A stretch of 64,000 nucleotides of DNA from the human T2T-CHM13v2.0 reference genome, Homo sapiens. A program made the translations under genes and the position numbers. The notes beneath the pieces are model-generated. The model was not told the DNA's origin, ran no database searches, and worked only from the letters and a program-made list of their open reading frames with translations. Numbering within the stretch: position 1 is the first letter of the stretch; every line of letters starts with the position of its first letter. Below, piece by piece: positions 1 through 14,971 of the stretch. Location of the stretch: NCBI RefSeq assembly GCF_009914755.1, contig NC_060928.1. The stretch is one strand, 5' to 3'.

Positions 1-490
1 TTATTTTAAAAAAATGCCACTATAAACATTCATGTGCTTGTCTCCCTGAGCACATGTGGATGGAATTATTTAATCACAGGTCTTCAAAGGCATCTCTCTC
101 TCTGCTAAGCATTATATTTATTCCCCAAAGTGGTTGCGCCAACTTGCACTCCCACCAGCAGTTCTTGATATGATATTTGCTATTACTCTCCATCCTTACT
201 GATACTTCTGTCAAACTTTTAAATTTAGGGGTGTGAAATGCTGTGTCTCATTTAATTTGCCTCCCCCTAATTACTAATAAGGTTGATCATCTTTTCATGT
301 GCTTCTCCTGAACTTCTTCTTCTTTGAATTACCTGTTCATATCTTTATTTTTCCCATGTGTTTGTCTTTTTTTATTGATGTTTAAGAGTCCTTCATATAT
401 TCTAAATAATAATTATTTGTTGGTTCTGTGTGTTACGAATACCTTCTCTCAGTCTTTGGAACTCATCTTTTCACTTATTTATGTTGCATG
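1..490 (-). mobile_element. Old L1 (L1M-type) 3' fragment, antisense
   Basis: Degenerate motifs such as ttccccaaagtggttgcgccaacttgcactcccaccagca and ctaattactaataaggttgatcatcttttcatgtg resemble the reverse complement of L1 ORF2 end/3'UTR. Boundaries approximate. Confidence 0.65.
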
Positions 491-551
491 TTAAACGTTT
501 GTAACATAAACTGTCCTTATAAGCAGAAGCAAACTACTTGTAAATATATAC

Positions 552-923
552 TGATACGGTTTGACTTTGTATCACCACCCAAATCTTATCTCAAATTGTA
601 ATCCCCAGGTGTTGAGAGAGGGACCTGGTGGGAGGTAATTGGATCATGGGGGCAGTTTTCCCCATGCTGTTCTTGTGATCGTGAGAGAATTCTGAAGAGA
701 TCTGATGGTTTTTTAAGGGGCTCTTCCCACTTCGCTTTGCTTTCTTCTCTCTCCTGTTGCCTTGTGAAGAAGGTTCTTGCTTCCCCTTCACCTTCCACCA
801 TGATTGTAAATTTCCTGAGGCCTCTGGAGCCATGGAGAACTGTGCGTCAGTTAAACCTCTTTCCTTTATAAATTACCCAGTCTTGGGTATTTCTTTACAG
901 CAGTGTGAAAATGGACTAATACA
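552..923 (+). mobile_element. THE1 (THE1D-like) MaLR solo LTR
   Basis: Starts tgatacggtttg...cacccaaatcttatctc and ends ggactaataca; 5-bp TSD tatac (547-551) / catac (924-928). Confidence 0.92.
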
Positions 924-1369
924 CATACTGTATAAACCAGGTTCTTGAAAATACTCTTCCCTGAGTTTACTGGTTTTGTTATTGTTATTTAACTTATTTT
1001 CTTTAATAGAGTATATGTACATGGCACAAAATTCAAAATACACAAAATGATAAACATAAACAGTAAATCTTCCTCCTTCCTCCTTCCAAGCAACTCAGTT
1101 CCTCTCCCACGATACAAACACTGGTGCTTTTTTTTTCTTTTTTGAATCTATGAAGATAAACCATGTATTGTAAACATTTATATATTTTGTTTTTCTACAA
1201 CAATGGTAATATACTACACTATTATATTCCTTGAAGTTTTCTCCTAAAATGTGTATCTTAAAAATACATATATGTGTGTATCTCTAGATTATCTAGATTA
1301 TCAGTATAATACATATAGAGTTAATTCTTTCTTTTTTACACCTACCTAGAATTCCACAAGCATGGGGGA

Positions 1370-1585
1370 ATGTGTAGCCTAATGAGAGAATATGTCAGCT
1401 CTGGAGCATGATTAAATGAATTTCAGTCCCAGCTCCTCTATTTATTAGAAGCAAGTTAGTTGTGCTCTCTATGTCTCAGTTTCCCCTTTTCTAAATGAAA
1501 ATAATAATGGTTCCTATCTCACACAGTTTTTGTGGGAGTTAGATTATGTTAATATGTAAAGAGCCTAGTAAATACTTAGCACATA
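1370..1585. mobile_element. MIR SINE remnant
   Basis: Core tgtctcagtttccccttttctaaatgaaaataataatggttcctatctcacacagtt. Confidence 0.7.
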
Positions 1586-2113
1586 AACACACATACACAA
1601 AAAAAACACATTCTTATTCTCACAAACCAATTTTTATTTAACCAACCTGTATTAGAGTCTATTTCACAGCTTTCTTTCCTTTTCATTAATATACTAGTAC
1701 CACACTTTTAATTAATATAGCTTTATGTAGCATATACATATTAATATGTGCCTAGCAAATCCTCCCTAAATTTTCTCTCTATTTTTTTGTCAGAATTTTC
1801 TAGTCTATTGTTCCTTGATGATGTTTCCATATGAATCTTAGAGTCAACTAGTCTAATTAAAAAGAATTCTGGGTTTTTTTTTTTATCTTAAATTTATGGA
1901 TTAACTAGAGAAATGTCAGTTTTGTAATAGTAAGACTTCCTATCCAAGAACATAATATGTCTTACCATTTGTCAAAGTATTCTTTGTGTTCTTTAGTAAT
2001 ATTTTAACTTTTTAAATGTAGATCTTATAAATTTCTTGTTAACTTTATTCCTAGGTATTTCATGTTTTATTACTATTATAAAAGGGCATTTTGTTCCATT
2101 ACAGCTTCTAACC

Positions 2114-2648
2114 CAGCACTCCCCAACATTTTTGGCACCAGGGACCGGATTCATGGAAGACAATTTTTCCACTGACCAAGGGCAGAGCAGGGAGGTGGCT
2201 TCAGGATGATTCAAGTGCATTACATTTAATTGTGCACATTATTTCTATTATTATTACATTGTAATATATAATGAAAGAATTACACAACTCACCATAATGT
2301 AATATCAGTGGAAGCCCTGAGCTTGTTTTCCTGCAACTAGTCAGTCCCATCTGGGGGTGATAGGAGACAGTGACAGATCATCAGGCATTAGATTCTTATA
2401 GGTAGCGTGCAACCAAGATCCCTTGCATGCACAGTTCACAATAGGGTTCCTGCTTCTGAGAATCTAATGCCGCTGCTGATCTGACAGGAAGCAGAGCTCA
2501 GGCGGTAATGCAAGCAACTGTAAATACAGAGGAGGATCGCTGGCTCGCCACCCCCACCGCACCACCCCCACCTCACGACCCTGCTCACCTCCTGCTGTGC
2601 AGCCTAGTTCCTGTACCAGTCTGTGGCCCCAGGGGTTGGGGACCCGTG
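2114..2648 (+). mobile_element. MER1A hAT-Charlie DNA transposon
   Basis: Termini cagcactccccaac...ggttggggacccgtg (degenerate TIRs); typical internal gatcatcaggcattagattct; 8-bp TSD ttctaacc (2106-2113) / ttctaact (2649-2656). Confidence 0.92.
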
Positions 2649-3044
2649 TTCTAACTGACTGTGGTTTGTTCCTTGTTTTCCAAGTGTCATTTTTAAATCT
2701 CCAGATCTAATCCTCCGTGAAAATGTCTTGCTCCCATAATCCATCAAAATCATCTGAAGCTCTGAGTTCACCAGCAGGTACTAACCAAAAAACACTACAA
2801 ATGTCTTTATGGTCATGAAGGTAACATTTACCTCGCATTTATTTTAGAGACTTAGAACATAAATTCAAGTTAAAGCGTGCTTTATTTAAGACCACCAATG
2901 GTTTCAGTGACTCATATGTTTCAATAATATATTTCTTTACTCATATTTCAATTTACCATAGTACCATGACATGAAATGAAAAAACCTGACCCTAGTCAAC
3001 TTCAATGTGATACATGAACAGATGATATGGTTTTGGGTATACTA

Positions 3045-3640
3045 AGTATGGTGTACCCATCCTAACATGACCCCCAATAAGTCATGCATGCTTTTGCAAA
3101 GTCTCCTTCAATGTGGAGGAAACTAGGAAACTGTGACTTGCTTTTTAGCCAATAGAATGTGGCAAACATAGTAGGATAGTCACTCTCTTTATTAGGTTAT
3201 ATTACGTGGCAAAGGCGATAGCATAGTCACTTCCGTGATTGTTACATTATATGAGACTTCATCCCAGAAGACTGGAGGACAAAATTTTCCTGCTGGTCTT
3301 GAGAAGTAACCTGCCATGTTGTAGGCGCACAAAGGGCAGCCTCTGGAAGATGAGAGTTACCCTGGCTAATTGCCAGCAACAAAATGAAGACTTCAGTTCT
3401 ATAACCTCAGGAGCCTGCATTTTGCCAACAGTCACAGGAGCTTGAAAGAGGACCCTGAGCTCCAGAAGGAAATGCAGCCCAGCTGATCCTTTGATGTAAT
3501 CTTGGGAAACTCTAAGCAGAGGAACTAGCTAAATTGTGCCTGAACTCCCAATCCACAGAAACGATGAGATAATAAATGTGTGTTGTTTTAAGCCAATAAG
3601 TTGTGCTAATTTGTCATAGCAGCAATAGAGAACTAATAAA
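3045..3640 (+). mobile_element. MLT1 (MLT1E-like) MaLR solo LTR
   Basis: gtgacttgctttttagccaatagaatgtggcaaa and 3' end gagataataaatgtgtgttgttttaagcc...gcagcaatagagaactaata. Confidence 0.8.
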
Positions 3641-4969
3641 CTAAGTCAAATACTGTGCCTGCACATTACAACTACAAACAGTAAATATCTCTTACCATTT
3701 AGTAAATTTATGGTGGAGTTTAGTCAGAGTGAAGTATCAGTATTATACAGTTTAATTATCTCCCTAAATTTACAGTGCTGTCAGTAGGAAATTCCAGAAT
3801 AACCCCAGACACTCCAAAGCTTAATATTTCGGCACAACTTTTTCATACCACATACTTCAAAACCTGAGCTAAATATTACTCATCAGCATTCAAAATTTGA
3901 CTAAACTGAAATCTTTTATAAATGTAAGAGTCTATTTGAAAACAGAAAGTATTATATTAATTTATAACTGAAAAATGGGGGAAAAACAGAGATTTATTTT
4001 TAAATAATTGAAATCCTTCAATTATCTCTGCCTCTGCCTCGTCAGTTACCCCTAGGGTATGAATTTTAGTGCTTTTCTTTTTTTAGGTCAGAGATGCAAC
4101 CACAGTAACCTACCCATAGTTATAACTATAACAACATTTCCATGGCAAACCCAGTTTTCTAGAATTTCACATAATACAGCTATTTGAACACTTACAACCC
4201 AGCATATGGGTTCACGCTTGACATTTAATGTCTCAGTCATAAAGCAAACTGTTCCAGCACTTTCAAAAAGAACATTAAGATGTTGGCTTACAAAATAAAA
4301 TGCTGGCTAACCAAACTTTTTTAATGCATGCAGTCCTAGAATTCAAAAGTATTCTTTCCATTAAAAGTTATTTTCTTTTTCTTCTCTGATACATTGTAAA
4401 AAGCTATAAAATTAGTGTCTGACATGCCATTTGGATGTAAATCCAAATCCTCAATTACGCAAAGAAAGGGAGCATATTCAAAGTTAAGTTTTAGAGAGAT
4501 TTTGTGGAGTGTAGGCAAAGGTTTTCTAAAGAGGATGGAGATTTACAAGGTAACAAAGGCTTAAAGGAACTTCCCCCACTGAGGATCTCAGAGAGAAGTA
4601 CAAACCGCTAATAATGGAAGCAAGGCCAGATTCTGTTTGTAGAGTCCTCTACAAATAAATAGGGTTGTCTTGACTCTTCAAGTAAATTACATTTTTATCA
4701 TTCGGTTTTTAAGTTTTTATGTCCTACACTGTTATCCCCAAACCTTCCAGAAACCCAGTATACGAACAGCCTTATATTAGCAGTTCTGTGATGAATTATT
4801 AAATAGAGTAAAATATATATTCTGGTGATGAGGTAGAGAGGTAAAGGAGACCTTCACCAAACTACCTTGTTTTAGACTAGCATGGTAATAACATGAAGAA
4901 TAACGGCCAATATTTATATGACATATTATATGCAAAGCATTTTATATGGATACTAACTCAAACAAACTA

Positions 4970-5435
4970 CTTTAAGTTGACTTCCCCAGAACCAGACCCT
5001 GAGGCAAGGATTTGTGTGAAAGTGATTTAAGAAAAAGTGTTTCCAGGAGGAGTGGGAGTGGTACGGTGGGACCAGAAAGTGAAGGAGGCCAAGCAAAGGT
5101 GTGAACCACTTCAGAGGGATGATAACTCAATCCCACAGGAGCCCCAGTGTAAAACAAGCCTGAGTTATGTGCAACCCATGTGCCTGATGCCTATGGAGCA
5201 AGGGAGGTGGAGTATTTACATTCCTAAAGTGGCAGTCATTCATTAAGGCTGGGGAAACAGGGGAGGGCACACAAATTCCCAGGTACTTTTAGATCTCGAG
5301 TCCAAAGCAGGATCTGAGAGAGGAGTTGACAAAAAAAGACACCAGATACCAGCTCGGGGGATGACAGCTCATCTGGGGCCTGTGTGCACAAAGATGGAAG
5401 AGAAATCGAACACGATATGAACAGGACATCTGTTA
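4970..5435 (-). mobile_element. LTR16-family ERVL LTR, antisense, interrupting a MIR
   Basis: ttccccagaaccagaccctgaggcaaggatttgtgtgaaagtgatttaag matches the reverse-complement 3' end of LTR16; MIR pieces lie on both sides. Confidence 0.65.
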
Positions 5436-5620
5436 CATAACCCTCACAACAACCCTGTAAGGTAGCTATTTGTTTTATGTCCATTTTACAAGTGAGGAGA
5501 CTGAAATGCAGAAAGATTAAACGAGATGCCCAAGATCCTATAGCTGATAAGTGTCAGAGTCAGGATTTGAAACCAGACTATCTGGCTCCAGAGTCTGCAC
5601 ACTCCTCCACCATATTATTA
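5436..5620. mobile_element. MIR SINE
   Basis: cctcacaacaaccctgtaaggtag...ccattttacaagtgaggagactgaa...gtcaggatttgaaaccagac. Confidence 0.8.
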
Positions 5621-5967
5621 AATCAAGCACTAGAGCAGAGCATGCAGAGACCCAAGGAAGAACTAAAGCCATGGTTAGGAACCAAACAACAGAGAACAGG
5701 CTAGAGCCAGGAATGATTTAAGATGCAGCCCAAATATACTAACGTGACCCTTGGTAGGAGAGAGTGTGTAATTAGATCTATTAAGTGGTTAGTGCCAATC
5801 CAGGTATTAGACATTTGGGTTACACATAATATTCACTTTCACTCTAAGCATGCAAGAGAGAGAAATTATTGTAGGCATGGAAGCAGCTGTAGAAAAAGGG
5901 AAAGAACAAAACAAAATTTTCTCTCCCTCTTCCTTTTCTTTCCCTAATTCCTACTTCCTTCTCTTCC

Positions 5968-6013
5968 ACACACACAAACATACAATGCGCACGCACACAC
6001 ACACACACACACG
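5968..6013. repeat. Imperfect (CA)n microsatellite
   Basis: Directly visible CA runs. Confidence 0.9.
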
Positions 6014-7629
6014 CAAGTCTGAAAGCTTCTTTCAGTTTGTTTCTGATAATTTATTAAAAATAATTAGGAAAATTGGCAGAGACATTAAACTCAACACACC
6101 ATAGCAAGGGACCGAGTCAGAGATTTTCCTGTAAGCTAAGCTTGCCTATAAAAATAGCTTGGATAACAGATAGCTTTTTAATTAATTTTAAAAGCTAGTT
6201 GCAAAGGAGAGATCATGGCGGACGGGAGGCAGGACTGGACTGCAGCTCCCACTCGGACAGACAGAGCAGCGTGTGGAGGCTTGCATCGTGAACTTTTGCT
6301 CCAGAAGGACTGCAGGAATACATTAGGAATGCCGCAAGAACCCATGGACCCTCTAAAGGGTCCTGCAGGACCCAGGAGACACCCCAAATACTACGAGCGC
6401 CCAAACTGTGGAAGTGGGAAAGGGAGGTCGTCTGCCCCCAAACACACAGCCCCACTGGGGAACCTGAAGGTCTAGATTATCCGAGAAGATTCTGACCTTA
6501 CCTGGAGCTGAGTCAATTTAGAGAGCTGCGTGAAATACAGGGGTAGAGGAAGCAGCGGCAAAATCCCTCTGGGCTCGCTGGGTCCCCTGCCACGCCATTT
6601 CTGCCTGGCCTCACAGGGGTCCTTGAGGAGGGCTGCTGGAGGCACTGGGAAAGCTGCAGGGAGAAGGAAAACTCCAGCTGAACTTTGTAACAATTTCAAC
6701 TGATGGAGAAGTCTCTTGGCCAGAACTCAGGGGGAGGGCATGAATCCAGTGTGCAGACTCAACAGAGCAGGGAAGAAGGAGAGCCCTGTTTATTTTCACA
6801 GCTGGGAGGCGGGTAGCCTGGGGAAAGTACTCGGTCCTGCTTGCCCACTGCCTGGAGACAGCCTTGGTGCTGCTGCTGGGGGCACAATGGGAGTGAGACC
6901 AGCTGTTTGCGTTGTGTGGGAACTGGGTGAGGCCTGTGACTGCCAGCTTGCCCGCACTTCCCTGTCAAGCTGCATGACACAGCAAAGGCAGACATAATCC
7001 TCCTAGGAACATAACTCTATTGACCTGGGAACCTCACCCCCACCCCCCCACCCCACCCCCACCACAGCAGCCACAGCAAGACCCACCCAAGTAGAGTCTG
7101 AGCTCAGACATGCCTAGCCCTGCCCCCACCTAATGGTCCTTCCCAAGCCATCCTGGTAACTGAAGACAAAGGGCATATACCCTTGGGAGTTCCAAGGCCC
7201 TACCCACTGCCTGTTCCTCCCCATACTACCACAGCTGATGCTCTCTTGAAAGCACCACCTCCCGGCAGGAGGCCAACCAGCACAAAAATTGTGCATTAAT
7301 CAATCAAAGCTAAGGACCCTCACAGAGTCCTTTTCACCAGTCTGCCACCTCCACTGGAGGAAGTACTGGTATCCACAGCTAAGAGACCCACAGATGGTTC
7401 ACATCACAGGACTCTGTGCAGACAACCCCCAGTACCAGCCCAGAGCCTGTTAGACTTGCTGGGTGGCTAGATTCAGAAGAGAGATAACAATCACTACAGC
7501 TCGGCTTTCAGGAAGCCACATCCCTAGGAAAAGAGGGACAGTACTACATCAAGGAAACACCCTTTTGAACAAAAGGAACTGAACAACAGCCTTCAGCTCT
7601 AGACCTTCCCTCTGACAGAGCCTACCCAA

Positions 7630-8646
7630 ATGAGAAGGCACCAGAAAACCAACTCTGGTAATATGATGAAACAAGGTTCTTTAACATCCCCCCAAAATCA
7701 CACTAGCTCTCCAGCATTGGATCCAAACCAGGAAGAAATCCCTGATCTACCTGAAAAAGAATTCAGAAGGATAGTTATTAAGCTAATCAGGAAGGCACCT
7801 GAGAAAGGCGAAGCCCAGTGTAAGGAAATCAAAAATATGATACAAAAAGTGAAGGGAGAAATAGTCAATGAAATAGACAGCATAAATAAAAAACAATCAA
7901 AACTTCGGGAAACAATGGACACACTTATAGAAATGCAAAATGCTCTGGAAAGTCTCAGCAATAGACTTAAACAAGCAGAAGAGCTTCAGAGACTCAAACA
8001 AGCAGAAAAGCTTCAGAAGACAAGGTTTTCAAATTAACCCAATCCAACAAAGACAAAAAAGAGTAAGAAAATATGAACAAAGCCTCCAAGAAGTCTGGAA
8101 GTATGTTAAATGGCCAAACCTAAGAATAATGGTGTTCCTGAGGAAGAAAAGAAATCTAAACATTTGGCAACTATATTTGGGGGATTAATCAAGAAAAATT
8201 TCTCTGGCCTTGCTAGAGAACTAGACATCCAAATACAAGAAGCTCAAAGAACACCTGGGAAATTCATTGCAAAAAGGTTATCACCTAGGCACATTGTCAT
8301 CAGGTTATCTGAAGTCAAGACAAAGAAAAAAAATCTTAAGAGATGTAAGGCAAAAATACCAGGTAACCTATAAAGGAAAACCTATCAAATTAACAGCAGA
8401 TTTCTCCACAGAAACCCTACAGGCTAGAAGGGATTCGGACCCTATCTTCAGCCTCCTCAAACAAAACAATTATCAGCCAAGAATTTTTGTACCCAGTGAA
8501 ACTAAGCTTCATAAGTGAAGGAAAAATACAGTATTTTTCATACAAACAAATGCTAAGGGAATTCGCCACTACCAAAGCAGCACTACAAGAATTGCTAAAA
8601 GGAGGTCTAAATCTTGAAACATATCCTAGAAACACATCAAAATAGA
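7630..8646 (+). pseudogene. L1 ORF1p remnant (frameshifted)
   Basis: Fragments MRRHQKTNSGNM..., YEQSLQEVWKYVKWPNLRI, DIQIQEAQRTPG, VTYKGKPIKLTADFSTETLQARR in different frames. Confidence 0.92.
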
Positions 8647-11314
8647 ACCTCTTTAATGCATACATCTCACAGGACCTACAACAAAAATACAACAACAACA
8701 AAAAAAACAAGGTATACAGGCAACAAATAGCACAATGAATGGAACAGTACCTCACAACTCAATACTAACATTGAATGTAAATAGCCTAAATGCACCATCT
8801 AAAAGACACGGAATTGCAGAATGGATAAGAATTCACCAGCCAACTAGAGACACACCTTCAAGAGACACAAACTTCAAGAGACACACCTAACACATAAGGA
8901 CTCACATAAATTTAAGGTAAAGGGAAGGAAAAAGACATTCCATGCGAATGGACACCAAAAGTGAGCAGGGGTAGCTATTCTTATATCAGACAAAACAAAC
9001 TTTAAAGCAACAGCAGTTTAGAAAGACAAAGAGGGTCATTATATAATGATAAAAGGCCTTGTCCAACAGGAAAATATCACAACCCTAAATATAAATGCAC
9101 CTAACACTAGAGCTCCCAAATTTATAAGACAATTACTAATAGACCTAAGAAATGAGATAGACAGCAACACAATAATAGTGGGGGACTTCAATACTCCATT
9201 GACAGCACTAGACAGGACATCAAGACAGAAAGGCAACAAAGAAACAATGGATTTAAACTATGCACTGGAACAAATAGACTTAACAGATATTTACAGGACA
9301 TTCTACCCAACAAATGCAGAATATACATTCTATTCAACAACACATGGAACTTTCTCCAAGATAGACTGTATGATAGGCCACAAAATGAGCCTCAATAAAT
9401 TCAAGAAAATTGAAATTGTATCAAGCATTCTCTCAGACCAGAGTGGAATAAAACTGGAAATCAACTCCAAAAGGAACCTTCAAAACCAGGCAAATACATG
9501 GAAATTAAATAACCTGCTCCTGTATGATCATTGGGTCAAAACTGAAATCAAGATGGAAATTTAAAAATTCTTCAAACTGAATGACAATAGTGACACAACC
9601 TTTCAAAACCTCTGGGATACAGCAAAGGCAACACTAAGAGGAAAGTTCATAGCTCTAAATGCCTACATAAAAATGTCTGAAAAAGCACAAACAGACAATC
9701 TAAGGTCACACCTCAAGGAACTAGAGAAACAAGAACAAACCAAACTGAAACCCGGCAGAAGAAAGGAAATAACCAAGATTCAGAGCAGAACTAAATGAAA
9801 TTGAAACAACAACAACAAAAAAGATAAGTAAAACAAAAACCTGGTTATTTGAAAAGGTAAATAAGATTGATAGACCATTAGCAAGATTAACCAAGAAAAG
9901 AAGAAAGAAAATCCAGATAAGCTCAATTAGAAATGAAATGGGAGATGCTACAACTGACACCACAGAAATACAAAAGATCATTCAAGGCTACTATGAACAC
10001 CTTTATGCACATAAACTAGAAAACCTAAAAGAGATGGATAAATTCCTAGAAAAAAACAACCCACCTAGTTTAAATCAGGAAGAATTAGACACTCTGAACA
10101 GACCAATAACAAACAGCAATATTGAAATGGTAATAAAAAAATTACCAACAAAAAAAAGTCCGGAACCAGATGGATTCACAGCAGAATTCTACCAGACATT
10201 CAAAGAAGAATTGATACCAATTCGATTGACACTATTCCACAAGATAGAGAAAAAGGGAATCCTCCCTAAATCATTCTATGAAGCCAGTATCACTCTAATA
10301 CCAAAACCAGGAAAGGACATAACCAAAAAAGACAACTACAGACCAATATCCCTGATGAACATAGATGCTAAAATCCTTAACAAAATACTAGCTAACTGAA
10401 TCCAACAACACATCCAAAAGATAATCTACCATGATCAAGTGGGTTTCATACCAGGGATGCAGGGATGGTTTAACATACATAAGTCAATAAATGTGATACA
10501 CCACATAAACAGAATCAAAAACAAAAATCACAAAATCATCTCAATAGATGCAGCAAAAGCATTTGACAAAATCTAGCATCCCTTTATGATTAAAACTCTT
10601 AGCAAAATTGGCATACAAAGGACATACTTCAATGTAATAAAAGCCATCTATGACAAACCCACAGCCAACAGATACTGAATGGGGAAAAGTTGAAAGCATT
10701 CTGTCTGAGAACTGGAGCTAGACAAGGATGCCCACTCTCACCACTCCTTTTCAACATAGTACTGGAAGTCCTAGCCAGAGCAACCAGACAAGAGAAAGAA
10801 ATAAAGGGCATCCCAATTGGTAAAAAGGAAGTCAAACTGTCACTGTTTGCTGATGATGTGATTGTTTACCTAGAAAACCCTAAAGACTCCTCCAGAAAGC
10901 TCCTAGAACTCATAAAAGAATTCTGCAAAGTTTCCAGATACAAAAATCAACATACACAAATCAATAGCTCTTCTATACACCAATAGCAACCAAGCTGAGA
11001 ATCAAATCAAGAATTCAACCTTTTTACAATAGCTGCAAAACAAAATAAAATAATTACGAATATACCTAACCAAGGAGGTAAAAGACCTCTACAAAGAAAA
11101 CTACAAAACGTTGCCGAAAGAAATCATAGATGACACAAACAAATGGAAACACATCCCATGCTCATGGATAGGTAGAATCAATATTGTGAAAATGACCATA
11201 CTGCCAAAAGTAATCTACAAATTCAATGCAATTCACATCAAAATACCACCATCATTCTTCACAGAATTAGAAAAAAAAAATCCTAAAATCCATACGGAAC
11301 CAAAAAAGAGCCTA

Positions 11315-12148
<834 letters not shown>

Positions 12149-13995
12149 CTATTCAACAAATGGTGCTGGGATAATTGGCAAGCCACATGTAAGAGAATGA
12201 AACTGGATCCTCATCTCTCACCTTATACAAAAATCAACTCAAGATGGATCAAGGACTTAAATCCAAGACCTGAAACTAGAAATTCTAGAAGATGGCTTTG
12301 GAAAAACCCTTCTAGACATTGGCTCAGGCAAAGATTTCATGACCACGAACCCAGAAGTAAATGCAATAAAAACAAAGATAAATAGCTGGGACTTAAACAA
12401 AAGAGCTTTTACACAGCAGAAGGAACAGTCAGCAGAGTGAATAGACAACCCACAGAATGGGAGAAAAATCACAATCTATACATCTGACAAAGGACTAATA
12501 CCCAGAATCTACAATGAACTCAAACAAATTAGCAAGAAAAAAAACAAACAAGGCCATAAAAAAGTGGGCTAAGGCCATGAATAGACAATTCTCAAAAGAG
12601 GATATACAAATGGACAACAAACATATGAAAAAATGCTCAACATCACTAGTGATCAGGGAAATTCAAGTCAAAACCACAATGCAATACCACCTTACTCTTG
12701 CAAGAATGGCTATAATCAAAAAATAATAGATGCTGGCGTGGATGCAGTGAACAGGGAACACTTCTACGCTGCTGGTGGGAACATAAACTAGTAAAACCAC
12801 TATGAAAAAAAGTGTGGAGATTCCTTAAAGAACTAAAAGTAGAACTACCATTTGATCTAAGCAATCCCACTACTGGGTATCTCTCCAGAGGAAAAGAAGT
12901 CACTAAAAAGATACTTGCACACACATGTTTATAGCAGCACAATTTGCAATTGCAAAAATGTGGAACCAACCCAAATGCCCATCAATCAAAGAATGGATAA
13001 AGAAACTGTGAGATATGTATATATAGATAGATAGATGATGGAATACTACTCAGCCATAAAAAGGAATGAATTAATGGCATTCGCAGTGACCTGGATGAGA
13101 TTGGAGACTATTATTCTAAATGAAGTAACTCAGGAATGGAAAACCAAACATCATATGTTCTCACTTATATGTGGGAGCTAAGCTATGAGGATGCAAAGGC
13201 ATAAGAATGACACAATGGACTCTGGGGACTCAGGCAGAAAGGGTGGGAAGGGGGTGAGGGATAAAAGATCACAAATTGGGTGGAGTGTATACTGCTCGGG
13301 TGATGGGTGCACCAAAATCTCACAAATCATCACCGAAGAACTTACTCATGTAACCAAACACCACCTGTTCCCCAATAACTTATGGAAATAAAAAATTTAA
13401 TTAAAAAATAAACTTCTAAGAAAAAAATCTAAAAAAAAAGCTAGTTGTTTCAAATTCAAAACAGAATTTGAGATTCCCTGGGAAAGTTTATGTTCCATAA
13501 AATAAATATTTTTGTCAATCAGGTTACCACTAAATCTATCATTAAATCTTTGTTCATTTGAATATAGCAGAGTTTAAATTTTTAAAGAGTCTTCTATGGG
13601 TTTCAGCAACTGGGCAGACTGAGATGTTCAGACTCCCCTCAATTAGCAACACATAGAAGTGATGGCTAAAATATAACCCCCAAATAAACTTAACTACATA
13701 GTTGGGTATTGATAAAACATTAGAAATGTACATCTTAAGTGCCAGACATGAAACAGGGACTCAAAGCCAGAGATGTGCCTGAAGAAGCCAATGCCTTGGT
13801 TCTGGAAGGCAGGGCCAGGAGAGAAGGCATAGAAAACCAAGTCCAGGAACACACTTTCTCCTTTACAGGAGACCCAGAGGGAAGGGTAGAATGGTTCCCA
13901 TATACATGGGAACTGGATATGTGACAGAGATCACCCGTCACATGTAAAAATCAGAAGAAAAAGGATGGAACCACCAATTAATGCCAATAGTGTAA

Positions 13996-14504
13996 TGCTG
14001 GGAACAGGCCCCCAAATCTGGCCATAAACTGGCCCCAAAACTGGCCATAAACAAAATATCTGCAGCACTGTGACATGCTCATGATGGCCATGACGCCCAC
14101 GCTGGAAGGCTGTCAGTTTACAGAATAAGGGCAAGCAACACCTGGCCCACCCAAGGCAGAAAACCACTTAAGGCATTCTTAAACCACAAACAATAGCATG
14201 AGTGATGGGTTCCTTAAGGACATGTTCCTGCTGCAGTTAACTAGCCAGAGCCCATCTCTTTATTTTGGCCCATCTCTTTGTTTCCGGTAAGGAATACTTT
14301 TAGTTAATCTATAATCTATAGAAACAATGCTTATCACTGGCTTACTGTCAATAAATATGTGGGTAAATCTCTGTTCAGGGCTCTCAGCTCTGAAGGCTGT
14401 GAGACCCCTGAATTCCCTCTCCACATGCTATATTTCTGTGTGTGTGTCTTTAATTCCTCTAGCACCACTGGGTTAGGGTCTCCATGACCGAGCTGGTCTC
14501 AGCA
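13996..14504 (+). repeat. MER9 5' LTR
   Basis: tgctgggaacaggcccccaaatctggccataaactggccccaaaactggccataaac...gagctggtctcagca; AATAAA near 14350. Confidence 0.95.
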
Positions 14505-14506
14505 AA

Positions 14507-14525
14507 TGATGCCCATACGTGGGGC
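14507..14525 (+). promoter_or_regulatory. Degenerate tRNA-Lys primer binding site
   Basis: tgatgcccatacgtggggc versus the Lys PBS TGGCGCCCAACGTGGGGC, 2 nt after the LTR end. Confidence 0.8.
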
Positions 14526-14600
14526 TCAAACCCAGGTCGAAGGGTCATTGGAGTGATGGTTGGAGAACGTGGAACTAAGCTGGAGGACACCTGAGTACTC

Positions 14601-14971
14601 TTTTTTTTTTTTTGAAATATTTAAAGAGGTTTATTCTGAGCCAAATATGAGTGACCAAGGCCTGTGACAAAGCCCAAGGAGTTCCTGAGAAACTGTGCCC
14701 AAGGCGGTTGGTTTACAGCTTGGTTTTATACATTTGAGGAGGACAGAAGTTACAGGCAGACATCAATCCAGAAAGGCGGGACAACTTGAAGTGGATGGGG
14801 AAGGCACAGGGTCTGGAGGGGCTCCAAGTCACAGGTGGAGTCAAAGATTTTCTGATTGGCAGTTAGTTGAAATCATTAAGTTATTATCTAAAGACCTGGA
14901 ATCAAGGCCGGGTGTGGTGGCTCACACCTGTAATTCCAGCACTTTGGGAGGCCAAGGTGGGTGGATCACTT
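14601..14971 (-). mobile_element. L1-mediated retrocopy of a polyadenylated Alu+MER4-group LTR transcript
   Basis: T13 at 14601-14613; tttatt (AATAAA on minus) at 14630-14635; antisense MER4-type LTR to 14905; Alu 5' fragment 14906-14971; TSD cacctgagtactctt (14588-14602) / cacctgagtatctt (14972-14985). Confidence 0.85.

Noticed and set aside
7037-7062. C-run cluster (potential minus-strand G-quadruplex), also at 2548-2572
   Set aside because: Simple expansions inside repeats; no evidence of function.
14007-14052. Tandem ggcccc(c/a)aaa..ctggccataaac repeat in the LTR
   Set aside because: Normal feature of the MER9 LTR; not CRISPR-like.
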